The translations under genes were made by a program, and so were the position numbers. The notes under the pieces are model-generated. The model was not told the DNA's origin. It saw nothing but the letters and a program-made list of their open reading frames with translations, and did no database searches. Shown piece by piece: positions 9,257 through 19,260 of a stretch of DNA of 64,000 bases; position 1 is the first letter of the stretch, and each line of letters starts with the position of its first letter. Source of the stretch: Deltaproteobacteria bacterium (GTDB lineage Bacteria; Bdellovibrionota; JAJCYS01); the NCBI GenBank assembly GCA_029262815.1, contig JAJCYS010000029.1, positions 9,837-73,836 of the forward strand, read 5' to 3'.

Positions 9257-12200
9257 TTGATGTCAAGTGTACGTGTATTTAAGCGTTGGGGTGTGGTTCT
9301 TTCGTTGCTGATTGCATGTCAGGCGTTTTCGTCATCTAAAGACGAAGACAAAGAATCCGTTCGACATAAGATCCCAAATTGGAAATTTGTAAACATCTAT
9401 AAAGATGTTACCAATCTAACTCATCTCGATCCCAAAGCACAATCAGATGCGAAATCAGACATATTAGGCAAGCTAAAAGCTTCTCAAGGGACTGATCTAA
9501 CTAAAATTGGTGAAATATTTCAAAAATATTCCTTCGAGGCTGTAGAGAAAATTGCAAAATCGATGACCTTTAGCGCCAAGGAGTCGGGTGAACTATCGCG
9601 CATGCGTCGAGAGATGATCAATCAAGCCATGGCGGAGGCCATTAAGCAGGTAGATCCAGGCAAAAAACTCACTATCGGGATGCTTGATTCAGGGAATAAG
9701 AATAGCGGCATTGCATCTGACGTGGACCAAACGGTATTTATTATGCCAAAGGATTTGGCTAAAAAATTGGGTATCACAGAAGCCAAAATTATCGAAGCCT
9801 TCAACAAAAAATTTAAATCAAAATTTGGAGTGGATCCGGGTCGATTGGGTATCGAAAGCATGAATGGCGCTGACTTTTTTCCGGATTGGCGACAGCGTCA
9901 AAACACAGGTGTCGTTTCTGATCGAGTTGATCGAATGATGTACGGCGAAGAGGTCGATCGTGTGGTAGGCGAAAAACGCAAAAATCCAGAAGCGTATCGA
10001 TCTGAAGGTCAACTCAAGAGTCAAGCCGAAGGACGTGGATATGAGTCTTTACAGCAACATCACCAAAGAGTATCTGATCTACAGACTGCTAAAGATAAAA
10101 TTGAAGCGTACACAAAAGACAAATCGTTAAGTCCAGCTGATCGAGCGAAAAAAATTAAAACACTCACCTCGCAACTGCTCAAAAAATATCAAAAAAACTA
10201 CCCTGCATCTTCTATTGATGACATTGAACAAAGATTTCGAAAAGACTCTCCATGGACCGAGGTGAGTTGGGAAAAAGGAAAGCCTGTAACTTCTCAGATG
10301 CAAGATCCCAAAAATAAGGTGTTGAAGGATATGCCTGAGACACGAGCCAAACGATTTGCGTTCGACGGTGCATGGGACAACTGGTTGATGTATGAGAATC
10401 ATCCACATAACAGACGAAAATATTTATTACGGTCAATAGCGGAGGGCATCAGTTTATTGCGTAGCCGTGCTACCGGGACACCGCTGACAACACTTGAATA
10501 TGAAAAAGTCTATAACAGTGGGGATAAGGCTCAACTCAATAAATTTTTGACTGATGTATATAAAGGGGTTGATGAAGCTAAGATCAAACGGTTTAGAAAA
10601 AGTTTAGATGTTGCAGCGAAGGAAAGACTCAGACACAAAGGCGAAAAAAATCCCTCTACCGGCAAAGAATACACCATAAAAGAAGTCTGGTCTGAGTATT
10701 GGCCTAGAGTTTCTGAAGCGGAAAGTAAGCTGTACGCCGATATGCCAAAAGAAGCATTCGAAAAAATGCTCCACGAACGTGCAGTGAGAAATTGGGAGGC
10801 CGATGGTCGTGAAATAATGATCGAAAATCTCGTTCGGACGGTCAGTAGTCCCGCGCACTTGCTCAATGGTGGCATGACTGATGCTGATCTTAAGAAAATT
10901 CAAAAAAAATTCCCCCATGCGTCGAAGGCAAAGTTAGAACTAGCGGTTCGCAAGCAGCTCTATCATGGGATTCATGATCTGATTACGATCGAACATGCAA
11001 GAGCCCTAGTTGAGGAAGCACGCACGGGTAAAAAATCAACCCAAAGCCGACATACGAGTCTTGTCGATCGACTGTTCAAAGCACTCGGTGGTGAGAATAG
11101 TAAGATGGGCAAGGAAGTAAAAGCCATCGCCCTTCAAGCGGCCCAGCGTCGTATTGCGACAGAGCCTGGCGCACGCACTTTTAGACATGAATTCTTCGAC
11201 TTTATGCGTACCAGCCTCAAAGAGAAATTTAACGACACAAAGTTTCGTTTGGCGGGTACTGCTGAAGCGTTTAAAGAGGCCAAGGCGAAGTATCAAAAAG
11301 GATTTTATACCCCGGAATATGTCGCTGACAAGGTCATCCGTGCTATGGGAGATCGATGGGGGTCTTTGAAGGCACACGGACACCATCTTGCTGGGTTTGA
11401 AAAAGTGAGAACCAACATGTTGGTTCCAGTCAGAGGCCCCATAGACATTCCAATCCAAAAAGCCACTTATAAATGGAGTGGTAAAAAGCTATTTCGTAAC
11501 ATGGCTACTGCTGGCAACATTGATTCTGTTATCCAGGTCATGTATGCCTACCAAACTGGGGGCTCCGAAGCGGCCGCATGGACGGCTGGATATGAGATCA
11601 TGATGAATTTTCCACCGGTGGCCCAGCTGAATGCAGTCAAAGACCTTGTAGTGAACAAGCAGCCTAGAGGCGTTATCATGATGGGGTCTGCCATGATGGT
11701 CCCCGCATTGGGCCAAGCTTACATTATGGTGTCTCTAGGGACAACTTCCGTCAAACTCTTAGGTAACTATGTCCTACAACCTCTAAAAAATGATGATGCA
11801 GACAAAATGTATCAAGGGTTTTTAGACCAGAGCAGTGGGTTTAAGGAAATAGAGCGTTCTCAGCGTGTGAGTTTACTTCATTTTGTACCGAGGCGATATG
11901 TACAGAAGACAGTCAAAGCGCCTGAAGGTACCAAAGACGACAAGGGAAATCTAGTCAAAACCACACAGGTCATATATTTCGACACGTACTCTAAACAGGA
12001 AGCTCGAAAGTATTTTACGGTTTTTGACAATGAATACAGTGAATTTGTCGAGAAGGGTTTAGTGGGGGGTGATGAAAATTGGTCAAAAACCATTAAGGAC
12101 ATGGGTAACGAGATTCAGAATCCCGTAGCATATTTTAATTCGAAACGTATTGGGATGTATCATTACTACAGAAATCCCAAGGCTGTGTTTGCTAAAGACT

Positions 12201-14923
12201 GGCAAAAAATGATGAACGCTTTAAAGAAAAAGCAATACAGCGTGGACGATCCTGATGCAATGCCAATCATAGCGGAATTCTTTATATCTCGGATTAATGA
12301 TTGGGTTCATGCAAAAGGGGAGTTTGCCTCATTCGATGAAAACCTGATTATCTCGAAGCGGTTTGAGGATGAGGCCTTGCGATACAAAATTGCAGCTCGT
12401 GCGGCAGGAGATTTGGTCCGTAGCTATCAAACAATCACCAACCTCGAAGAAAGTACGGGAAATCAAATCGATGAATTTCGTAAACAGGAAAAAAATAAGG
12501 AACTATTGGCACTGATGCAGGCATTGCATGAGGCGTTCGGCATCGATCCAGAGTTAGACATGGTTCATGCACTTCATGAGTTACATGCCTTGAAACGACT
12601 TGAGGAACGAGAACCCACTGAACCCCGAGTCCACATTCGACCTCGTGTGGTGGTAAATCGAGGGAAAGATGGACAAGAAGGACATGGTGTAGATTTTTTG
12701 ATTTCGGTGATTTCCTCGCCTGATGAAGGTGCAGAAGCGTCAAAGGGTGTGCCTACCTTTTACACGGATGTGAACTACGTTTTTAATGAGATTAGTGAAG
12801 AAGAGGTTGAGGTCATTGCCAAAGTGGGGGTCTATAGGGGGAAGAAAAAACAAGGCCTCATAGGATACTATGACCCGAAGACCAAACGCGTTATCAAAGA
12901 GCCCAAAGAATTTAAAATCGGACGAGTGGGTGTCAAAAAAGCCTTACCTGGAACTTCTGATCTTATGATCGGTATGGGAAAAAAGATAACCGATGATTCA
13001 CAGTCCGAACGAAATACTATTCAACATGTCGAAGCCTATGATCCGAGCAAAGCCTCATCATGGGGAAAGACATGGGGTAATGAACAAGTAACTTACTTAT
13101 CTCCGCAGCTTTGGATCCGTTGGAAGGATGCGCCTTTAGGAGGTGGCTTTGCGTATGAGTATACGGTCACCGGTGATAATTCAAAATATACGTATTCAAA
13201 TGACGGCGTCATTATTCCGGGGGTACGATTTCCAGTTCAGGAAGGTGAGCCCTCTAGGCAAAATGCTTTTGTTATCAGATTGCCGTGGCCTAGAGGGTAT
13301 GCGGGCCAATTTAATGTGACAGGTAAGCTTCACGCTTTTAAAAAATATCCGGGAGGGTCGGATTGGAAAAAACTGACAGCACTTGCGACCTACGATTTTG
13401 AAAAAACATTTTCGATTCAGGATGATCGAGGCGACACAGAGGTTACCTTAAAATTGGGCGTTTCAAAGCTGGGGCCTGAAACACCTCCAAAGCCTGGAGA
13501 CAAGACCGTCAGGCGAGCCAAAGCGCCAAAGAATGCACCTGCCCACATGAAAAACTGGGTTTATGAGCCGACTTTCTTGGATTGGGATGATCAGAAGGCT
13601 TCACCGTTTCGCGGGCGGTGGGGAGAAGACTATATTCGAGGGCATAAGCCACAGCTCTGGATCAATTGGCCTGATGTACCTCCATCAAAGCGATATTATT
13701 ATGAGTATGAAGTCACCGGGGGACGGCCTGAGTATCTGAAAGGAACGAAAAAATTAACAGCGATTCGATCAGCTGAGTTTTTTCCCCCTTATGAACGGGG
13801 AAAACCTCGTCCATTAGGGAATCGGTTTGTAATTCCGTTTAAGTATCCAGTCAGTCATGGCGGGTTGTTTCAGATTGAAGGTACGTTGTATGCGTATGAA
13901 AAGGGAGGGCGTCCTGAAGTCCTCAAACAACAAACCCCTTTGGCAACGCTGCCTTTTAAAAAGACATTTAGGATTGGGTTCTTTGATCGTTCGGGTCATG
14001 TGAAAGGGACTGTCTGGCCTTCTGGAATTGTTGTTGGAAAAGTCAGGTTAAATCGGATTCAGAAAGGTAAACGGGTTGCTAAAATAACCGGTGCAGGATC
14101 GACAAACTACTGGATGGTTCACTCGGTGGGTCTCGGAGGGGACTTTATCTTTCGAGGTGCGAAGAATTTAAAGACCGTTACAGTTGAGTTTCAAGATTTT
14201 GGTGAAATGGCACGGTTAGCGCTGCCTGTAGAGTTGAAATCCAGAGAGTCAAAACTAAATTCATCAAAATGTGTGAGTGACCGTAAAAAATCCTTGGCTA
14301 ATTTACAGAAAAGAAATCCCTATGCATATAAAGATATTATTGGAACACAGAAGAATATTGCAAATTGTTATGTGTATAAGTTCTCAGGTAATTTAACTGA
14401 TAATTTCGAAGCCTGGGAGAAGAGCATGATTGAGGTGTTTAAAACCAGACAAAAATGGGCAAGTGTGGTGACGAACAGAAGTTGGGCAGGTCACAAGAAG
14501 AAGCGTCTTCGAGTTCAGGTTCCTGGCAAAAAAGGTCGGCCCAATGTTGCTATTCAAGGGACAGAACATCAAGGGCTTATTCAAGAAGCACTCCAACGGC
14601 AGAAGCAATCTCTAGAAGATCAAGTTGCGCATACGTATCTCAGAATTTCTCATGCAGCAGGACGTAATGGTTACTACGATAAGGCCAAAAAGTGGTCTCA
14701 AAAATTTGTGGAAAATGCGAAGGGGAAAGAGCGTTTTGATAGTTACTTGAAATCTCACTATTTCCAAATGGCAAGAGTAACTGTTCGGCTGGCAGGTGAC
14801 GCCGATGAGGCACTCAGATATGAAAAATTAAGCAATGAATTCAGGATGAAGAGCGCCAAGAATCCCAATTACAAACCACCACCCCTTCGATTTGAGATTG
14901 GTGAAGACTTCAAACGACTCTAG
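9257..14923 (+). CDS. Giant secreted hypothetical protein (1888 aa) with a tandemly duplicated ~130-aa C-terminal domain.
   Basis: Signal peptide MMSSVRVFKRWGVVLSLLIACQAFSS. Uninterrupted 5.67-kb ORF. Internal repeats share PQLWI.W.D.P...YEY.VTG...FVI...L.A..K...LAT..F.KTF. Confidence 0.7.
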   Translation: MMSSVRVFKRWGVVLSLLIACQAFSSSKDEDKESVRHKIPNWKFVNIYKDVTNLTHLDPKAQSDAKSDILGKLKASQGTDLTKIGEIFQKYSFEAVEKIAKSMTFSAKESGELSRMRREMINQAMAEAIKQVDPGKKLTIGMLDSGNKNSGIASDVDQTVFIMPKDLAKKLGITEAKIIEAFNKKFKSKFGVDPGRLGIESMNGADFFPDWRQRQNTGVVSDRVDRMMYGEEVDRVVGEKRKNPEAYRSEGQLKSQAEGRGYESLQQHHQRVSDLQTAKDKIEAYTKDKSLSPADRAKKIKTLTSQLLKKYQKNYPASSIDDIEQRFRKDSPWTEVSWEKGKPVTSQMQDPKNKVLKDMPETRAKRFAFDGAWDNWLMYENHPHNRRKYLLRSIAEGISLLRSRATGTPLTTLEYEKVYNSGDKAQLNKFLTDVYKGVDEAKIKRFRKSLDVAAKERLRHKGEKNPSTGKEYTIKEVWSEYWPRVSEAESKLYADMPKEAFEKMLHERAVRNWEADGREIMIENLVRTVSSPAHLLNGGMTDADLKKIQKKFPHASKAKLELAVRKQLYHGIHDLITIEHARALVEEARTGKKSTQSRHTSLVDRLFKALGGENSKMGKEVKAIALQAAQRRIATEPGARTFRHEFFDFMRTSLKEKFNDTKFRLAGTAEAFKEAKAKYQKGFYTPEYVADKVIRAMGDRWGSLKAHGHHLAGFEKVRTNMLVPVRGPIDIPIQKATYKWSGKKLFRNMATAGNIDSVIQVMYAYQTGGSEAAAWTAGYEIMMNFPPVAQLNAVKDLVVNKQPRGVIMMGSAMMVPALGQAYIMVSLGTTSVKLLGNYVLQPLKNDDADKMYQGFLDQSSGFKEIERSQRVSLLHFVPRRYVQKTVKAPEGTKDDKGNLVKTTQVIYFDTYSKQEARKYFTVFDNEYSEFVEKGLVGGDENWSKTIKDMGNEIQNPVAYFNSKRIGMYHYYRNPKAVFAKDWQKMMNALKKKQYSVDDPDAMPIIAEFFISRINDWVHAKGEFASFDENLIISKRFEDEALRYKIAARAAGDLVRSYQTITNLEESTGNQIDEFRKQEKNKELLALMQALHEAFGIDPELDMVHALHELHALKRLEEREPTEPRVHIRPRVVVNRGKDGQEGHGVDFLISVISSPDEGAEASKGVPTFYTDVNYVFNEISEEEVEVIAKVGVYRGKKKQGLIGYYDPKTKRVIKEPKEFKIGRVGVKKALPGTSDLMIGMGKKITDDSQSERNTIQHVEAYDPSKASSWGKTWGNEQVTYLSPQLWIRWKDAPLGGGFAYEYTVTGDNSKYTYSNDGVIIPGVRFPVQEGEPSRQNAFVIRLPWPRGYAGQFNVTGKLHAFKKYPGGSDWKKLTALATYDFEKTFSIQDDRGDTEVTLKLGVSKLGPETPPKPGDKTVRRAKAPKNAPAHMKNWVYEPTFLDWDDQKASPFRGRWGEDYIRGHKPQLWINWPDVPPSKRYYYEYEVTGGRPEYLKGTKKLTAIRSAEFFPPYERGKPRPLGNRFVIPFKYPVSHGGLFQIEGTLYAYEKGGRPEVLKQQTPLATLPFKKTFRIGFFDRSGHVKGTVWPSGIVVGKVRLNRIQKGKRVAKITGAGSTNYWMVHSVGLGGDFIFRGAKNLKTVTVEFQDFGEMARLALPVELKSRESKLNSSKCVSDRKKSLANLQKRNPYAYKDIIGTQKNIANCYVYKFSGNLTDNFEAWEKSMIEVFKTRQKWASVVTNRSWAGHKKKRLRVQVPGKKGRPNVAIQGTEHQGLIQEALQRQKQSLEDQVAHTYLRISHAAGRNGYYDKAKKWSQKFVENAKGKERFDSYLKSHYFQMARVTVRLAGDADEALRYEKLSNEFRMKSAKNPNYKPPPLRFEIGEDFKRL

Positions 14924-14968
14924 AACGGAGGTTGAGAGTTTTAAAATGTGTTGGTAGGATAGGACCAC

Positions 14969-15388
14969 ATGAAATCTCTGACTGAGTATTTATGGTTCAA
15001 GACCCCAAATCGACGGGGTTTTCTTAATATCACAAATCAGATCGAGGCATTGGTCAAAAAAAGCGGAATTCAAGAGGGATTGTGTTTGGTGAATGCCATG
15101 CATATCACGGCGAGTGTCTATATAAATGATGATGAACAAGGATTATTAAAAGACTACGATGTGTGGCTAGAGCATCTAGCGCCCCATGCGCCGATATCAC
15201 AATATAAACATAATGATACTGGCGAAGATAATGCAGATGCCCATATGAAACGTCAAGTTATGGGGCGAGAAGTTGTGGTTGCCATCACGAAAGGGGTATT
15301 AGATCTTGGCCCTTGGGAGCAGATTTTTTATGGCGAATTTGATGGCCGCCGAAAAAAACGGGTACTTGTGAAAATCATCGGAGGCTGA
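14969..15388 (+). CDS. yjbQ: YjbQ/UPF0047 family protein (secondary thiamine-phosphate synthase-like).
   Basis: Full-length match to the family pattern: LNIT..I...V..SGI.EGLC.V...HITAS...NDDEQGL..D....LE.L.P...[12 protein letters not shown]....G.E....IT.G.L.LG.WE.IFY.EFDG.R.KR. Confidence 0.85.
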   Translation: MKSLTEYLWFKTPNRRGFLNITNQIEALVKKSGIQEGLCLVNAMHITASVYINDDEQGLLKDYDVWLEHLAPHAPISQYKHNDTGEDNADAHMKRQVMGREVVVAITKGVLDLGPWEQIFYGEFDGRRKKRVLVKIIGG

Positions 15389-16545
15389 TGGTATTGGTTG
15401 CTCTTGTTGTGCATGCAAAATCCAGAACTCAAATACGATTATTATTTGCTAAGTTTTTTATTTCTTGTTTTGCTGCCCAATGTTTTGGATTTGAATGTAA
15501 AGACAGCACGAAATTTTTGAAATCTCATCACCGGTCATTCCTCGATGAAAAAATGATTACGTTAGATGGATTTAAGAAAATTATCCAAGAAGAAATTTCA
15601 AATGAATCATTACATAAACTTTTTTTAGCGCATATCGAATTGCGACTTGCTTTGGGTTATAAAATTCGAGGATTAGATGAGGCGGCCGAATTAGAAGTGT
15701 CAAAAATTGAAACTCAACTGCCGATAGATTTAAAATCGCAGGTTATTGAACTTGTATTGACGACACTTCCGAACAGTAGGGCCGTGCAAACTGCTTACGT
15801 ACAGATTGTCTATCAGGTGCCTCCTTTGGAGATGGTTCTGTATTTGCATGCAGATGTAGCATTTGCATCAAATCACACGATTATTGGTAAAGGCGGAGGG
15901 AACGCGCCGGTTTTTCCGATGGAACCTGAATATTTCGAAACCGCATATGCGGTATTGCAATACGGTAATTTAAAATCAAGCTCAAGTGTATTAGAGCTTG
16001 GATATATGCCACCTGCAAATTTAGCAATATTGCGATATGCCCTGTCTGGTCATATCGTGGGGGTGGATGAAAAGTCCGTTCCGATCTCATTATTCATATC
16101 TGGGACATCCATAAACGAATCTTTGTCTGCCTTTAGTAATATATCAGTTTTTGGAATGGATCTCTTTAAAGGGGATTTAATAGAGGATAGGAGTCTATTG
16201 AAGGTGCTTCAAACCTATGGGGGGGTTGATATAATTTTCGCACACAACATTTTTCAAAAGATTAAACGTACGTCTGCTGAAGCATATTTCGAATTTATAG
16301 TTCCGAACTTGCTTAATGAGGGTGGTACCTTGCTTTTTATCAAAGATCCGGAGTCATCGTATATAAGTGATCCGGACCTTAATAGTTTAAATGAAGTGGG
16401 TGTTGCCACTGTCCGTAAGGGTGAGAAGCGGGCGTTTGATCCAAGAATTGAAGACCGAATGAATACATTCATGAATTGCACCGTATATCGGAAAGGATGT
16501 TTTGATACCACCACGCTCGAGAAAGAAATGGTGTTCCCCTTTTGA
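15388..16545 (+). CDS. Hypothetical protein with methyltransferase-like Rossmann motifs.
   Basis: VLELGYMPPANLAILRYALSGHIVGVDEKS resembles motif I. GGVDIIFAHNIF resembles motif II. LNEGGTLLFI resembles motif III. Start codon uncertain. Confidence 0.45.
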   Translation: MVLVALVVHAKSRTQIRLLFAKFFISCFAAQCFGFECKDSTKFLKSHHRSFLDEKMITLDGFKKIIQEEISNESLHKLFLAHIELRLALGYKIRGLDEAAELEVSKIETQLPIDLKSQVIELVLTTLPNSRAVQTAYVQIVYQVPPLEMVLYLHADVAFASNHTIIGKGGGNAPVFPMEPEYFETAYAVLQYGNLKSSSSVLELGYMPPANLAILRYALSGHIVGVDEKSVPISLFISGTSINESLSAFSNISVFGMDLFKGDLIEDRSLLKVLQTYGGVDIIFAHNIFQKIKRTSAEAYFEFIVPNLLNEGGTLLFIKDPESSYISDPDLNSLNEVGVATVRKGEKRAFDPRIEDRMNTFMNCTVYRKGCFDTTTLEKEMVFPF

Positions 16546-16616
16546 ATAAATAAAAACAATTTTGTTCCAAATCTAACTTGCTGTTATTTATATAGTAAAT
16601 ATCTCAAATGTTAATT

Positions 16617-16652
16617 GTTGACAATACCAGATTCCAAAGCTATTATCTATAA
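16617..16652 (+). promoter_or_regulatory. Sigma70-like promoter for the repeat-lipoprotein gene.
   Basis: TTGACA, then a 17-nt spacer, then TATTAT, followed by TATAAT. A strong Shine-Dalgarno (aaagaggtggtg) sits before the ATG at 16702. Confidence 0.5.
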
Positions 16653-16701
16653 TTCTATTTAATAATAAAGAGGTTTAGTTTATCTAAAGAGGTGGTGTCA
16701 A

Positions 16702-18093
16702 ATGAAACGTAGTTACAATACCGTATCAGCATTTTTGCTGCTATCCCTGGCTTTAGGGGGTTGTGCAAAAAAAGGTGCAATTGAGAACAAGCAAAAAAAT
16801 AATCAAATGGCTGCAATTCAGGCCAAGCAGAAACAGCTTGAATCTGAACTGGCGGCAAAAGAACTGAAAGATATCAATTCATATTGGATCGGGCGAACCG
16901 TTTTAATAGCGAAAGTCGTCCAAGGGGAAAACGATGTTACAGAAAAATTTCTTGGACGTTTTAAAGATACGACCCAAAATTCTCCGATAGAAGATCCTGA
17001 GTTTAATTTCAATTCAGAACGTTTTATTGTGAGTGCCATTGTAGATGGTACAAAATCAAAATTTACTTATGATACAAGTGGTGATGGTCCTAATGCTGGA
17101 CGTGTTGTATTGGAAGAAAATGGGAAAATTGTTCTAAAGAAATTTGTATTTAAAATTAAAAATAAGGAATCCGGATCAGTTTTAAGGTATGAAAGTCCAA
17201 GACTTGAATTGAGTCTTTTAGATGAAAAAAATGTCACATACTTGGTGGGTAAAGGCGAAAACGGACTAACCGTATTTTTCGAAGCCAAGGATCCAGATGC
17301 AATTGTAGCTGAAAAAAATGAGGTCATCAAAAAACAAGATGAAGATTTGAGATCTGAAAAAGAAAAATATAGTCGATTTGAAGCTGTAAAAAATCAAGAA
17401 ATTGGTGATCTTAAGTTAAAGTTAGCCAAATTTCAAAATACAACAGTTCCAAAATTAGAAACTCAGTTAAAGAAATTAAATGAAGAGACAGTCCCTGTGC
17501 TAGAAAGTGCAATAGCAACGTACAAGAACACGACAGTGCCGGGATTAGAAAACAAATTGAAAACACTCGAAAAAACAACAGTCCCCGGACTACAGCAAAA
17601 AATTGCAGTGTATAGAGATACGACGGTACCTGGATTGAACACCCAAATAGAGAATCTAGAAAATGCAGCGGGAGAAACAACAAGATTGCAAGGTATCAAA
17701 GATCAAAAACAAGTTATAGCAACGAAGAAATTGAATAATCAGTTAAAGAAATTGAACGAAGAGACAGTGCCAGGATTAGAAAGTAAAATCGCAATGTACA
17801 AGAATACGACAGTGCCGGGATTAGAAAACAAGGTAAGAGAACTTGAAGGAACAACAATCCCTGGATTGCGCCAAGAGGTTACAGTGCTTAAAGAAACGAC
17901 GGTACCCGGATTGGAAAATACGATAGAAACATACAAGACTAAAACGGTACCTGGATTAGAAAACAAAATAGCAACATACAAAAATACAACAGTACCTGGA
18001 TTAAAAAATAGAATTAAAGAACTTGAAAAACAGCTTGAGGGTAAAGAACCTGAAGAAAAGAAAGAAAAAGATGATTCTTCAGATTCTGAATAA
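16702..18093 (+). CDS. Repeat-containing lipoprotein with ~13 copies of a 15-aa unit (TTVPGLENKIxxYKN).
   Basis: Lipobox LGGC in MKRSYNTVSAFLLLSLALGGCAKKG. The in-frame 45-bp tandem repeats encode TTVPGLxxK units in two blocks, and a larger ~280-bp internal duplication (NQLKKLNEETVP.LES.IA.YKNTTVPGLENK) appears twice. Confidence 0.75.
   Translation: MKRSYNTVSAFLLLSLALGGCAKKGAIENKQKNNQMAAIQAKQKQLESELAAKELKDINSYWIGRTVLIAKVVQGENDVTEKFLGRFKDTTQNSPIEDPEFNFNSERFIVSAIVDGTKSKFTYDTSGDGPNAGRVVLEENGKIVLKKFVFKIKNKESGSVLRYESPRLELSLLDEKNVTYLVGKGENGLTVFFEAKDPDAIVAEKNEVIKKQDEDLRSEKEKYSRFEAVKNQEIGDLKLKLAKFQNTTVPKLETQLKKLNEETVPVLESAIATYKNTTVPGLENKLKTLEKTTVPGLQQKIAVYRDTTVPGLNTQIENLENAAGETTRLQGIKDQKQVIATKKLNNQLKKLNEETVPGLESKIAMYKNTTVPGLENKVRELEGTTIPGLRQEVTVLKETTVPGLENTIETYKTKTVPGLENKIATYKNTTVPGLKNRIKELEKQLEGKEPEEKKEKDDSSDSE
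17441..18040 (+). repeat. In-frame 45-bp tandem repeat array inside the lipoprotein gene.
   Basis: Recurring acgacagtgccgggattagaaaac-type units. The protein shows a 15-residue periodicity. Confidence 0.7.
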
Positions 18094-18127
18094 TTGATCC
18101 TATTGATCTAATTAACAGTCAAGAAAA

Positions 18128-18161
18128 CCGTCTGGGTGATATCCACCTAGACGGTTTTTTT
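18128..18161 (+). terminator. Rho-independent terminator.
   Basis: The stem is ccgtctgggtg with a short loop, then cacctagacgg. The stem has one G.U pair and is followed by tttttttg, directly after the lipoprotein stop. Confidence 0.7.
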
Positions 18162-19260
18162 GTTGGTCTATATTATATTGGTTCACAGTGTTATCAGCAG
18201 TGATATAATCAATCCCGAAAGAGGGGGAGCTATCTTTCAGGATCTAACATATGAAGAAACATCCGGTTGTCCTTTATGTGCCTCAAAACGTCGTCAGGTT
18301 TATGATCATGGGGCTGACACCTTAACTCAAGAAATCAACAGATACGTCCCCAAAGATGTATCATCTCTGCCTACCTTGCAAAATAGTCGGAATTTGTGCA
18401 AATCATGCAAGCTGATTTACTTGTCTCCTAGGCTGTCTCCCAAGAGCTTGGGTACGATCTATAAGTACTGGTACCAATATACTTACCATCACATATTTGA
18501 TGACTCAGGGCATTTGAAGTCCCGTAAAAAAGAATTCGAACAGTATCATTTTCAAGCACTCAGCAGGGTTTGTCCAAAACCTGGGTATCTACTTGATGTG
18601 GGGTGCGGGAGTGGTATTTTTCTGAGTGTAGCTCGACGTCATGGATGGCGAGGATTTGGTATCGAACTGGATCCTCATACTGCAATAAAAGGAGAGAAAC
18701 AGTTCAATGTACCCATCAGAGCTGGTACTATTCAATCGACTCTATTCGATCGGGATAAATTTGATGCCATTACGCTGTTTGATTATTTAGAACATACTTC
18801 CACACCTGGGCAAGATCTAGCATTACTCACTCGCCACTTGCTGCCAGGTGGTGTGATTCTAATTCGGGTTCCAAACCGTAACAGTCTTCAATCATTGGTT
18901 ATGAGATCAAAGTGGCTTGCCATTATTTCAAACCATTTGTCTTATTATAATAAGAAAACCTTACAAATAGCCCTTGCGTCCCATGGTCTAGAAGTGATTC
19001 ATATGTCAGCTGGAAATTATCGAACAGAATGGGACATCATAAAACAAAAAATCCAATGGGTTCGATCTAAGTTAAACCCTTCAAAAGAAGTTGAACAGTC
19101 AAGCCAGGCAGTAAGGAGTTCTCCACAGTCGAGTAAGCGCGGATCATCTATTCGAATGGGGTTAAGATTAGCATACAGTATTTTTATCGAACAACTGGAT
19201 CACATCGGTGGATGGTTCGGATTAGGGAACAATTTGATGGTGATCGCGAAGAAAAAATGA
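18160..19260 (+). CDS. Class I SAM-dependent methyltransferase with an N-terminal CxxC...CxxC zinc-ribbon. The architecture is like a sugar C-methyltransferase.
   Basis: CPLCAS...CKSCKLIY, then motif I LLDVGCGSGIF, then LPGGVILIRVPN. The annotated start is a TTG overlapping the terminator T-run, so the real start is probably downstream. Confidence 0.6.
   Translation: MLVYIILVHSVISSDIINPERGGAIFQDLTYEETSGCPLCASKRRQVYDHGADTLTQEINRYVPKDVSSLPTLQNSRNLCKSCKLIYLSPRLSPKSLGTIYKYWYQYTYHHIFDDSGHLKSRKKEFEQYHFQALSRVCPKPGYLLDVGCGSGIFLSVARRHGWRGFGIELDPHTAIKGEKQFNVPIRAGTIQSTLFDRDKFDAITLFDYLEHTSTPGQDLALLTRHLLPGGVILIRVPNRNSLQSLVMRSKWLAIISNHLSYYNKKTLQIALASHGLEVIHMSAGNYRTEWDIIKQKIQWVRSKLNPSKEVEQSSQAVRSSPQSSKRGSSIRMGLRLAYSIFIEQLDHIGGWFGLGNNLMVIAKKK

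Noticed and set aside
9622-14667. Numerous 60-140-aa antisense and alternative-frame ORFs inside the 9257..14923 gene (for example 10531..10875 and 11036..11458).
   Set aside because: They are fully contained in a single uninterrupted 5.7-kb ORF with signal peptide and internal domain repeats. They show no independent signals.
19212-19256. Upstream start for murJ (MVRIREQFDGDREEK...).
   Set aside because: It overlaps the preceding methyltransferase gene by 49 nt. MurJ proteins start at the MKINFK-type N-terminus, and the ATGA overlap at 19257 is the natural coupled start.
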